DNA from: Mycobacteriales bacterium
Lineage (GTDB): Bacteria; Actinomycetota; Actinomycetes; Mycobacteriales; JACQDL01
DNA length: 64,000 nt
Reading direction: 5' to 3'
Assembly: GCA_035476575.1 (NCBI GenBank)
Contig: DATILL010000074.1
Coordinates: 10,073 to 74,072, forward strand
Part shown: one piece after another, positions 40,384 to 48,410 of the stretch
Position numbering within the stretch: the first letter of the stretch is position 1
How the letters are laid out: every line of letters starts with the position of its first letter
Translations under genes and position numbers: made by a program
The notes under the pieces: model-generated
What the model was told of the DNA's origin: nothing
What the model saw: only the letters and a program-made list of their open reading frames with translations
Databases searched by the model: none

Positions 40384-41730
40384 ATGTCCGACGAGCTCGC
40401 CCGTGAGCACGTCGAGACGCTGCTCGCTGCCGCGCGGGAGCTGGCTGACGCCTGCACGATGATCGCCAAGCAGTTGCGCCCGCCGTCGGGCGGGCTCGCA
40501 CCGCCGGCCGGGCGGGTGCTTGGTCCGGCGCGCTCCCCGGCCTCCGTGGCGGCCGACCTGCTGGAGCAGACCGCGGACTCCACCGGCGAGACCCGGCGGC
40601 TGCTGGCCGCCGTGCTGGACGCCCTGGTCGGCTCGCCGTCGTCGACGACGACGGCGAGCCGGGCACCGTCGTTGGTCATTCCGCCGCCCCCACCCATCCA
40701 CGTCCCCACGGAGCACACCATGCAACCCGATGAGTCGCTGTCCGGCCGGGGGGCCGACGAGCCACCCATGGTCAGCACGTGGAGCCCGGCGTACGGGGGG
40801 TCGACGCCGTCGACCGGCGGGTCGTTGTTCGCCCACGGCAGCGCCCAGGGGCTGGACGGCGGTGTCCACGGCCGGCACGCGCTGGACGAGACCGGCGCCT
40901 GGCGGATGGCCGACATCTACGGGCCGGGCGGCCGGCACTCCACCGAGAACGGGTTCGGCGGGGACGACTACGGCGGGCTGGCGGGCTCGGCGGTGAGCGA
41001 TGTCCTCGGCGCTATCCCTTTGGCCCGGACAGCATCTGGCGCCGAGCTTGCGACCCCTGCCGAGTCGGTTCCTCCGCCGCCGTTCTCGGCAGAGTCGGTC
41101 CCCGCCGCGTTCACCTGGGCTCCCGGTACCGGCCGGGAGTACGGCGAGCCGCCCGACCCGGGCCTGCTCGCCACGACCGTGCGCCAGGTCGAGGCGTCCC
41201 GGCGGCACCTCCAGGCGGCCCTACTCACCCTGCGCGAGGCACTCGGGACGGGTGGCGACGTGTCGCTGTTAGCCCTGGTGGAGCGCTCGTTGTCCGCCGT
41301 CACGGCCGCCGCCGACCAGCTCCGCGACGCGCTTGACCCGGAGCACGCCGAGCAGGTGCTGCCGGGCGAGGCGCGGTACTGCTGCGCGATGCCGTGGGAG
41401 CGGCTCTCGCTGGTGCCGGCGTTGGTGGCGCTGGCCCCGGCCACCGTGCCCGGCGCGACCAAGATCCTCACGGCCCTGGGCTACGACGCCTGGGAAGGGG
41501 CCGCGGTGGACGGTCAGCCCCAGGTCGGCCTGGCCGGCCAGCGGTACCGCGGTCGCGTGGTGCTGCAACAGCTCCGGCTGGCCGGCAGCGGTGAGTGGCA
41601 GCTCTACCTGGACTGGGCCGACAGCCACGGCCAGCAGCGGTCGGACGTGGAGACCCTCGGTCCGGCCGAGCTGACCGACGACGAGGTGGCCCGCCGGGTC
41701 GACGACGCCTTCCGCCGCCGCCTCTCCTGA
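40384..41730 (+). CDS. Hypothetical protein (448 aa, Ala/Pro/Gly-rich, helical N-terminal region, conserved-looking C-terminal ~110 aa)
   Basis: Start moved to ATG 40384 (GGGCGGGCGGGCAG upstream). The 65 codons upstream in the track ORF have low GC3. No motif recognised. Confidence 0.55.
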   Translation: MSDELAREHVETLLAAARELADACTMIAKQLRPPSGGLAPPAGRVLGPARSPASVAADLLEQTADSTGETRRLLAAVLDALVGSPSSTTTASRAPSLVIPPPPPIHVPTEHTMQPDESLSGRGADEPPMVSTWSPAYGGSTPSTGGSLFAHGSAQGLDGGVHGRHALDETGAWRMADIYGPGGRHSTENGFGGDDYGGLAGSAVSDVLGAIPLARTASGAELATPAESVPPPPFSAESVPAAFTWAPGTGREYGEPPDPGLLATTVRQVEASRRHLQAALLTLREALGTGGDVSLLALVERSLSAVTAAADQLRDALDPEHAEQVLPGEARYCCAMPWERLSLVPALVALAPATVPGATKILTALGYDAWEGAAVDGQPQVGLAGQRYRGRVVLQQLRLAGSGEWQLYLDWADSHGQQRSDVETLGPAELTDDEVARRVDDAFRRRLS

Positions 41731-41734
41731 CCCC

Positions 41735-41825
41735 CTGAGGTCACCACACCGCCGACAGGTCACCACACGGGCCGCCCGGGCAACAACAGGTCACCACACC
41801 GCCGAGAGGTCACCACACCGCTGGC
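41735..41825. repeat. GGTNACC-box intergenic repeat locus D (4 boxes, forward orientation)
   Basis: Box starts are at 41739, 41758, 41789 and 41808 (spacing 19/31/19). The variant linker is ACACCGCCG. AGGTCACCACACCGCCGA recurs with a 50-bp offset. Confidence 0.9.
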
Positions 41826-41854
41826 GGGGGCGAGGGCGGCCGGCGGGGCGGCGA

Positions 41855-43072
41855 TCACGTCATGTTGGTGGTGGCGCGGAAGAGAGCGCCGCTGCCGGCC
41901 AGGGTCACCTTCTGCGCGCTCGCCGGCAGGTATGCCGACTCGCCCCGGGCCAGCAGCACGGAGCAGGCAGCATCCGAGCGCGCCCCGACCACCCCGTCGG
42001 ACACCGCGGACACCTCGACCGAGCCCTCGACGCACAGCAGGATCTGCGGCTGGCCACCGTCCACAACTGACGGAATGTCGGTCAGCTCGATCCGGGACAG
42101 CCGGAACTCCCGGACCGGCACCCGGTAGACCAGCTCCCCGCACGGCGCGCGGTACGGCGTGACCAGCGACGGCGGGCCGTCGGAACAGTCCAGCACCCGC
42201 AGCAGCTCCGGCACGTCGACGTGCTTGCCGGTAAGCCCGCCACGCAGCACGTTGTCGGAGCTCGCCATGATCTCCACGGCGGTGCCGGACAGGTAGGCAT
42301 GTGGGCTGCCTGGTGGGATGAACATCGCCTCGCCAGGCGCCAGCACGACATAGTTCAGCAGCAGCGCGATGACCACCCCTGGGTCTCCGGGGTACCGCCC
42401 GGCCAGCGCCGCGACCTCACGCCGAGCCGCACCGAGCTCACCGTCCGGATGAGCGCGGCAGGCCGCCGCCACCGCGTCCACCAGCGCGGACCGCGGCTCG
42501 GTCGGCGCGGTCAGGATCGCGGTCACCACCCGGTGCAGCCCCGCCGGCCCCGGCTCCGCCCGCAGCGACTCCACGTACGGCGTCAGCGCCGGCACGCCGA
42601 GCCCGGCTAGCAGCCGCACCGTACCTGCCACCGGCCGGAACCCGCCGAACGCCCGGAACGGCGTCAGCGCGCAGACCAGCTCCGGCTTGTGGTTAGGGTC
42701 CCGGTAGTTGCGGTCCGGCGCGTCGATCGGGACGCCGCGCGCGTTCTCCGCCGCGAAACCCCGTCGTGCCTGCGCCAGGGTCGGGTGGGCCTGGATCGAC
42801 AGCGGCTCCGCCGCGGCCAGCACCTTGAGCAGGAACGGCAGCTTCGGCCCGAGCTCCGCCGCCACCGGAGCACCGAGCTCGCCGTCCGGGTCGGCCTTGA
42901 CCCGGTCCAGCAGGCTGCCGGCACCGTCCAGAGTGGACGGTGCGGACGGGTGCGCGCCCATCCACAGCTCCGCCTGCGGCGCGCCGGTGGGCGGCACGCC
43001 GAGCAGCTCCGGGATGGCCGTGGTCGACCCCCACTGGTACGGCCGGATGGCGTTGGTCAGCCGGTAGATCAC
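41855..43072 (-). CDS. manA: Mannose-6-phosphate isomerase, class I
   Basis: Has YQWGSTTAIPELLG...AELWMGAHP and the cupin motif GEAMFIPPGSPHAY. GTG start. Confidence 0.9.
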   Translation of the reverse strand: MIYRLTNAIRPYQWGSTTAIPELLGVPPTGAPQAELWMGAHPSAPSTLDGAGSLLDRVKADPDGELGAPVAAELGPKLPFLLKVLAAAEPLSIQAHPTLAQARRGFAAENARGVPIDAPDRNYRDPNHKPELVCALTPFRAFGGFRPVAGTVRLLAGLGVPALTPYVESLRAEPGPAGLHRVVTAILTAPTEPRSALVDAVAAACRAHPDGELGAARREVAALAGRYPGDPGVVIALLLNYVVLAPGEAMFIPPGSPHAYLSGTAVEIMASSDNVLRGGLTGKHVDVPELLRVLDCSDGPPSLVTPYRAPCGELVYRVPVREFRLSRIELTDIPSVVDGGQPQILLCVEGSVEVSAVSDGVVGARSDAACSVLLARGESAYLPASAQKVTLAGSGALFRATTNMT

Positions 43073-43085
43073 CGTGTTGGTTCCC

Positions 43086-44024
43086 TCACGACGTCGGCTC
43101 CGCGACGGTGGCCGGAGCGGGGCGGTACAGGTCCGGTTCGAGGTAGATCACCTGGGCGGCCGGCTCGGCGGCGCGGATCCGGCGCTCGGCGGCGTTGATC
43201 TCCGCGGCCACCCGCGCCACGTCCGGCGAGCCGGCGAAGGAGATCTTGGCCGCGACGAGCAGCTCGTCCGGGCCGAGATGCATGGTACGCAGATGGATGA
43301 TCTTCTCGATCGCACCGCCGACCAGCGCGGACCGGATCCGGCGCAGCGCACGCGGGTCAGCGGCCTCGCCGATCAGCAGGCTCTTGGTCTCCACGATCAG
43401 CACAGCCGCGATCAGGCCGAGCAGGATCCCGATGCCGACCGTACCGATGCCGTCCCAGTACGGGTCGCCGGTGATCCACGTCAGGCCGACGCCGAACAGC
43501 GCGAACACCAGCCCGAGCAGCGCCCCCGCGTCCTCCAGCAGCACCACCGGCAGCTCGGGCGCCTTGGCCCGCCGGATGAACACCGTCCAGCTCGCCTTGC
43601 CCCGGATCCGGTTGGACTCGACGATCGCGGTCCGGAACGAGAACCCCTCCAGCCCGATCGCGACGACCAAGACGGCAAGCGCGACGACCGGCCGCTCCAG
43701 GTCGTGCGGGTGCAGCAGCTTCTGCACGCCCTCGTACAGCGCGAACAGCGACCCGAGGGAGAAGATCACCAACGCGACCACGAAGGCGTAGAAGTACCGG
43801 TCCCGGCCGTAGCCGAACGGGTGCTCCTCGGTGGCCTCGCGGCGGGCCCGGCGCTGGCCGACCAGCAGCAGCCCCTGGTTGCCCGAGTCGGCCGCCGAGT
43901 GCACCGACTCGGCCAGCATCGACGACGACCCGGTAAGTAGGAACGCCACGAACTTGGACACCGCGATCCCCAGGTTCGCCGCCAGCGCGGCGACGATGGC
44001 CCTGGTGCTGCCTCCGGTACTCAT
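43086..44024 (-). CDS. Cation diffusion facilitator family transporter
   Basis: Six TM helices, the motif ESVHSAADSGNQ in TM2, and a C-terminal cytoplasmic domain. Confidence 0.85.
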   Translation of the reverse strand: MSTGGSTRAIVAALAANLGIAVSKFVAFLLTGSSSMLAESVHSAADSGNQGLLLVGQRRARREATEEHPFGYGRDRYFYAFVVALVIFSLGSLFALYEGVQKLLHPHDLERPVVALAVLVVAIGLEGFSFRTAIVESNRIRGKASWTVFIRRAKAPELPVVLLEDAGALLGLVFALFGVGLTWITGDPYWDGIGTVGIGILLGLIAAVLIVETKSLLIGEAADPRALRRIRSALVGGAIEKIIHLRTMHLGPDELLVAAKISFAGSPDVARVAAEINAAERRIRAAEPAAQVIYLEPDLYRPAPATVAEPTS

Positions 44025-44049
44025 CCCTCGATCCTTCCGACCCGGGACC

Positions 44050-45168
44050 CTAGCCCTCGCCCAGCCGGACGCCGGCGGGATCGACTCCGGCCGCTAGTCC
44101 ACAGTAGACAGACGCGAAGTCGGCCAGCGCCAGCACCGACGCCAGCCGCTCCAGCGGCTCTTCCCCTTCCGCGATCAGCTCACTCACGCCGATCCCGCCG
44201 TCGGCGGCCCGCCGCCGGGCCAGCTCGACGTAGCGCCGGGACAGGTCGTCCTCGGCCAGGTCGTCGCGCAGCAGCACCAGCCGGGGGCGCGGCAATGCGG
44301 ACTCCGCGACCCGGTCGCGAAAGAAGTCGTCCATAGCGGAAAGTGGTACGTCGAGGACGCCGCCAGCCTCCCGGGCCGCGGCCGGGAGGGTCCCCCAGAC
44401 CGCCACCCGGCCGGCGTTCCCGGCAAGCTGTACGGCGAGCCGGCGAGCCGCCACCCCGGCCAGCGGCGTGGACCCCCACACCACCGCCGGACCCGAGCCA
44501 GCCAGCTCCAGCCCCAGCGCCTTGCCCGCGTTGACAAACGTCTCGCTGCCCGGCCGGCACCGCTCCGCGGCCACGTCGAGCGCGTCCGCGGCAGCGCGCA
44601 GGTCGATGTCGGTGAGCCGTATCAGACCGGCGTGGGCGGCGCCGATGAGCACTGGCGTGGCCAGGCTCCAGAACAACGCCCGGCTCGGCCCGCGCAACGG
44701 CAGCCCGACGTACGGCGAGCGGCCCCGGGACGCCACCGCCTCGGCCAGCGGGGTGCCCGGCGGGCCGACGCCGAGCATCGGCACGCCGCGCCGGACGGCC
44801 ATCTCCACCGTGGTGAGGGTGCTGTCGTCGGTGCCGGTCTGCGAGACGACCAGAAGCACGTCCGCCGGCCCGACCCACAGCGGCAGCGGCTGGCCGCTGA
44901 GCGTCACGACCGGCGCTGGGGCGTCCGGGCCGGCCAACGCCCAGAGCAGGTCGCCGAGCGCGGCCACCGGCCCGTCGGTGACCAGCACCGCGGCCCGGGG
45001 CGGCACGCCACCGGACGGATCGCCGACACCGGCCTCGGTCGTGAGCTGGATGGCCTCGCGGAGCTGCGGCCCGGAGGTGGCGACGGCGCGCAGCATGCCC
45101 CCCGGGTCGGCGGCGGCGAGGCGCTGCGGGTCGTCCAGCAGGGCCTCGTCAACGGGTTTGTAGGTCAT
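44050..45168 (-). CDS. SIS domain-containing protein (PGI/PMI C-terminal-like; Rv3256c-like)
   Basis: Positioned between pmm and manA as in mycobacteria. Start ATG 45168 (MTYKPVDEALLDD). Confidence 0.65.
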   Translation of the reverse strand: MTYKPVDEALLDDPQRLAAADPGGMLRAVATSGPQLREAIQLTTEAGVGDPSGGVPPRAAVLVTDGPVAALGDLLWALAGPDAPAPVVTLSGQPLPLWVGPADVLLVVSQTGTDDSTLTTVEMAVRRGVPMLGVGPPGTPLAEAVASRGRSPYVGLPLRGPSRALFWSLATPVLIGAAHAGLIRLTDIDLRAAADALDVAAERCRPGSETFVNAGKALGLELAGSGPAVVWGSTPLAGVAARRLAVQLAGNAGRVAVWGTLPAAAREAGGVLDVPLSAMDDFFRDRVAESALPRPRLVLLRDDLAEDDLSRRYVELARRRAADGGIGVSELIAEGEEPLERLASVLALADFASVYCGLAAGVDPAGVRLGEG

Positions 45169-45172
45169 CCGG

Positions 45173-45346
45173 TCACGAGCCCGGCCGGCGAGCTTCGTCG
45201 ACGAGCAGCACCGGGATGTCGTCGCGAACCGGGTAGGCCAGGCCGCAGCCGGTGCAGGCCAGCTCGCCGGCCGCGTCGTCCTGGCGGAGCGCGGCATGGC
45301 AGTCCGGGCAGGCCAGGATCTCCAGCAGCGCGGGGTCGAGGTTCAT
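45173..45346 (-). CDS. Trm112-family small zinc-ribbon protein
   Basis: 57 aa with LLEILACPDCHAAL...LACTGCGLAYPVRDDIPVLLVDEA. AAGGGAG lies upstream of ATG 45346. Confidence 0.85.
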   Translation of the reverse strand: MNLDPALLEILACPDCHAALRQDDAAGELACTGCGLAYPVRDDIPVLLVDEARRPGS

Positions 45347-45359
45347 CTGAGGGCTCCCT

Positions 45360-46748
45360 TCAGGCACGAACGACGGCGAGCACCTCGTCGCGCAGCGACG
45401 CCATCGCGCCCTCGTCCGGCCCCTCGACGTTCAGCCGCAGCAACGGCTCGGTGTTCGACGGGCGGAGGTTGAACCAGCTCCCGTCGGGCAGCCGCACGGT
45501 CAGGCCGTCCAGATGGTCGACGCGAGCGCCGTCCCGCACCGCGAACGCCACCTCGACCGCGGCCAGCCGCCCGGTCTGGTCACCCACCCGCGAGTTGATC
45601 TCACCGGAGGCGATGTAGCGGACGAGCTCGCTGGTCAGCGCGGACAGTGGCCCATCCTGCTCGCCCACCGCAGCCAGCACGTGCAGCGCCGCGAGCATGC
45701 CGGTGTCGGCCCGCCAGAAGTCACGGAAATAGTAGTGCGCGGAGTGCTCGCCGCCGAAGATCGCGCCGGTCTCGGCCATCCGCTCCTTGATAAAGGAGTG
45801 CCCGACCCGGGTCCGGATCGGCTTGCCGCCGTGCTCGACCACGATCTCGGGCACCGCGCTGGAGGTGATCAGGTTGTGGATGATCGTGCCGCCAGGCTCC
45901 TTGGCCAGCTCCCGGGTGGCCACCAGGGCGGTGATCGCGCTGGGCGAGACGGGGTCGCCGTGCTCGTCGACGACGAAGCAACGGTCAGCGTCACCGTCGA
46001 AAGCGAGCCCGAGGTCGGCGCCATGCTCGCGGACCGCGGCCCGCAGGTCGACGATGTTAGCCGGGTCGAGCGGGTTGGCCTCGTGGTTGGGGAAGGTGCC
46101 GTCGAGCTCGAAGTACAGCGGAACGATGTCCAGTGGCAGGGCGGCCAGCACGGCGTCGCCGAGCACCGCGGGCACGGTGTAGCCACCCATCCCGTTGCCG
46201 GCGTCGACCACGACCGTGAGCCGGCGGATGCCGGACAGGTCGACCAGGCCGCGCAGGTAGCGCGCGTACTCGGTCAGCAGGTCACGCTGGCTGACCGTGC
46301 CCGGCGGGCCGTCGTACGCCGGCAGCCCGGCGCCGTCCGGGCCGTTGAGCGCCGCCTCGGCCATCGCCCGGATGTCGGCGAGGCCGGTGTCCTGCCCGAC
46401 CGGTGCGGCACCGGCCCGGCACAGCTTGACGCCGTTGTACCGGGCCGGGTTGTGGCTGGCGGTGAACATCGCGCCGGGCAGGCCGAGCTGGCCAGAGGCG
46501 AAGTACAGCAGGTCGGTGGAGCCCAGCCCCGCCTCGACCACGTCAGCGCCCTGGCCGGTGGCCCCGGCGGCGAACGCCGCGGCCAGGCCGGGTGAGCTCG
46601 GCCGCATGTCGTACGCGGTGACGATCGTGCGCGCGTCGGTGACCCGGACGAAGGCCGCGCCCAATGCTCGGGCGACGTCCTCGTCGAGGTCATCGGGCAC
46701 GACGCCGCGCACGTCGTAGGCCTTGACGATCGACGACAGGTCTCGCAT
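45360..46748 (-). CDS. manB: Phosphomannomutase/phosphoglucomutase
   Basis: Has the active-site loop FTASHNPARYNG, the Mg site FDGDADRC and GGEHSAHYYF. Start ATG 46748. Confidence 0.9.
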   Translation of the reverse strand: MRDLSSIVKAYDVRGVVPDDLDEDVARALGAAFVRVTDARTIVTAYDMRPSSPGLAAAFAAGATGQGADVVEAGLGSTDLLYFASGQLGLPGAMFTASHNPARYNGVKLCRAGAAPVGQDTGLADIRAMAEAALNGPDGAGLPAYDGPPGTVSQRDLLTEYARYLRGLVDLSGIRRLTVVVDAGNGMGGYTVPAVLGDAVLAALPLDIVPLYFELDGTFPNHEANPLDPANIVDLRAAVREHGADLGLAFDGDADRCFVVDEHGDPVSPSAITALVATRELAKEPGGTIIHNLITSSAVPEIVVEHGGKPIRTRVGHSFIKERMAETGAIFGGEHSAHYYFRDFWRADTGMLAALHVLAAVGEQDGPLSALTSELVRYIASGEINSRVGDQTGRLAAVEVAFAVRDGARVDHLDGLTVRLPDGSWFNLRPSNTEPLLRLNVEGPDEGAMASLRDEVLAVVRA

Positions 46749-46835
46749 GGGCGTCCCTTCGGGCTCGCGTACGGCGCCGCCGAGCCTACAGCGCGGCACC
46801 GACCGGACCGGCAGCCGACCGGACCGGGCGCCGGG

Positions 46836-47231
46836 CTACCGGCTAGGGTCCGGCAACGCCCGCAGATGGCCGCGGCGACCATTCGCCGGCCCCCCGGGAG
46901 GTCCGGCCGCGGATCCGGCGGTCGCGGGCCGCGGCTCGGACCGGGCCGCCTCACGCACCGCGTTGGCCAGCGCCTCCAGGTCGTCGCCGGTTGGCGCCGG
47001 CAGGGTGAACTCGCCCTCGTGCCGCACGACGTCCCACCCCTTCGGGGCGGTCAGCCGCACGGCGTGTGCCTCGCACAGGTCGTAGCTGTGCGGCTCGGAG
47101 TACGTCGCAAGCGGCCCGACCACGGCGGTGGAGTCGGCGTACACGTACGTCAATGTCGCCACCGCTGGGTCGCTGCACCCACTCCGGGAGCAGCGCCGGA
47201 CATGCCTCACGCCGGGTACGTTAGCCCGCAT
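46836..47231 (-). CDS. DUF3499 domain-containing protein (Rv3258c-like)
   Basis: Has RRCSRSGCSDPAVATLTYVYADSTAVVGPL...YDLCEAHA. Position conserved next to pmm. Confidence 0.75.
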   Translation of the reverse strand: MRANVPGVRHVRRCSRSGCSDPAVATLTYVYADSTAVVGPLATYSEPHSYDLCEAHAVRLTAPKGWDVVRHEGEFTLPAPTGDDLEALANAVREAARSEPRPATAGSAAGPPGGPANGRRGHLRALPDPSR

Positions 47232-47311
47232 CCGCCCCGCGTGGCGGCACTGGCGTGTCGTGTCGCGCACCCGTTCGGGTGGTGGGCTGGTACGGCGTTA
47301 CAGTGCGGCCC

Positions 47312-47812
47312 ATGTCGAGCCCTCCGCTCCGCCGCGGCACCCCCGGGCAGAACGTGTCCCGGCGGTCCCGCCGGGCCCGGCGGGACCGCCGTGGCCGGGG
47401 GATGCGCGGCGCGCTGGTGCCGCCGGAGGTGCCGCTGGCGCGCAGCCGGGCGGAGCAGTTCGACGACCTGGTGCTGGACGCGGTGGAGCAGCTTGAGAAC
47501 CGCTGGGCCAAGGAGCTGGAGGGGGTGGAGTTCGCCGTCGAGGACGTGCCGTACGTCGCACACGTCTCGGCCGACGAGGTAGTCTACGGCACCGAGGTGC
47601 TGGAGGACGGCAACGTGCCGCTGGCCCGGCTGGTCCCGGCGGGCCGGGACAGGGCCGGCAAGGCCACCCCGCCCCGGATCGTGCTCTACCGCCGGCCGCT
47701 GGAGGTACGCGCGGTGGACCGCCCGGACCTCGCCGACCTGGTGCACGACGTGGTGGTCGAGCAGGTGGCGAACCTGCTCGGGATCGACCCGGACGAGGTC
47801 GAGCCGGACTGA
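47312..47812 (+). CDS. Metallopeptidase-family protein (Rv3259-like)
   Basis: Call rests on synteny (divergent from DUF3499, convergent with whiB2) and the family-like segment FDDLVLDAVEQLE...VEFAVEDVP. I could not see a clean HExxH. Confidence 0.55.
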   Translation: MSSPPLRRGTPGQNVSRRSRRARRDRRGRGMRGALVPPEVPLARSRAEQFDDLVLDAVEQLENRWAKELEGVEFAVEDVPYVAHVSADEVVYGTEVLEDGNVPLARLVPAGRDRAGKATPPRIVLYRRPLEVRAVDRPDLADLVHDVVVEQVANLLGIDPDEVEPD

Positions 47813-47814
47813 CC

Positions 47815-47859
47815 GTCCCGGCCTGCCCGGCCGGGACCGCGCCGGCCCTGGCCAGGGCC
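47815..47859. terminator. Two GC-rich hairpins between convergent genes (candidate bidirectional terminator)
   Basis: First hairpin is GTCCCGGCC-TGCCC-GGCCGGGAC (47815-47837). Second is the palindrome GGCCCTGGCCAGGGCC (47844-47859). Confidence 0.5.
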
Positions 47860-47862
47860 TGG

Positions 47863-48144
47863 CTAGACCGCCCGGCGACGCAGCCGTCGCCGCTCCCGCT
47901 CGCTCAGCCCGCCCCAGATGCCGAACCGCTCGTCGTGCGCGAGCGCGTACTCCAGGCACTCGCCGCGGACCTCGCATCCGCCGCAGATCTTCTTCGCCTC
48001 CCGGGTGGAACCGCCCTTTTCGGGAAAGAACGCCTCCGGATCCGTCTGCGCGCAGAGCGCACGCTCCTGCCACGTCTGCTCCTCGCCACACCCATCCAGA
48101 TCTACAAGATCATCAACCATGGTGTGTCGCGCGGGCTCACTCAT
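47863..48144 (-). CDS. whiB2: WhiB-family transcription factor (WhiB2/WhmD-like)
   Basis: 93 aa with the four Cys of the Fe-S cluster (C...CxxCxxxxxC: ALCAQTD, CGGCEVRGEC) and GIWGGLSERERRRL. AGGAGGG precedes ATG 48144. Confidence 0.9.
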   Translation of the reverse strand: MSEPARHTMVDDLVDLDGCGEEQTWQERALCAQTDPEAFFPEKGGSTREAKKICGGCEVRGECLEYALAHDERFGIWGGLSERERRRLRRRAV

Positions 48145-48209
48145 CGTGGGGCCCTCCTAATACCTCGACCCGCCCCGTGAAAACTTCGGTGAGGAATGAC
48201 ACCGCTGTG

Positions 48210-48239
48210 ATTACACACGTGTCGTTATACGCAAGTCAA
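48210..48239 (-). promoter_or_regulatory. Candidate sigma-70-type promoter of whiB2
   Basis: On the minus strand: TTGACT (48239-48234), an 18-nt spacer containing the palindrome ACACGTGT, then TGTAAT (48215-48210). This lies about 65 nt upstream of the ATG in an unusually AT-rich stretch. Confidence 0.4.
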
Positions 48240-48410
48240 CCTGGGATCTGCTAGAGACCAAAGGCTCTGGGCCGCGATGTTCATCACTCGGCCGGGTGAT
48301 GACGACGGCGGAAGGGTGCCAAGCCGCGAGCCCCTTACCCTGTACCGCGCAACGAGCGCGGACCCCGGAGGTTGCGGTGCTTCGGGCCGGGCCGGCGGGC
48401 CATCGGCGTG

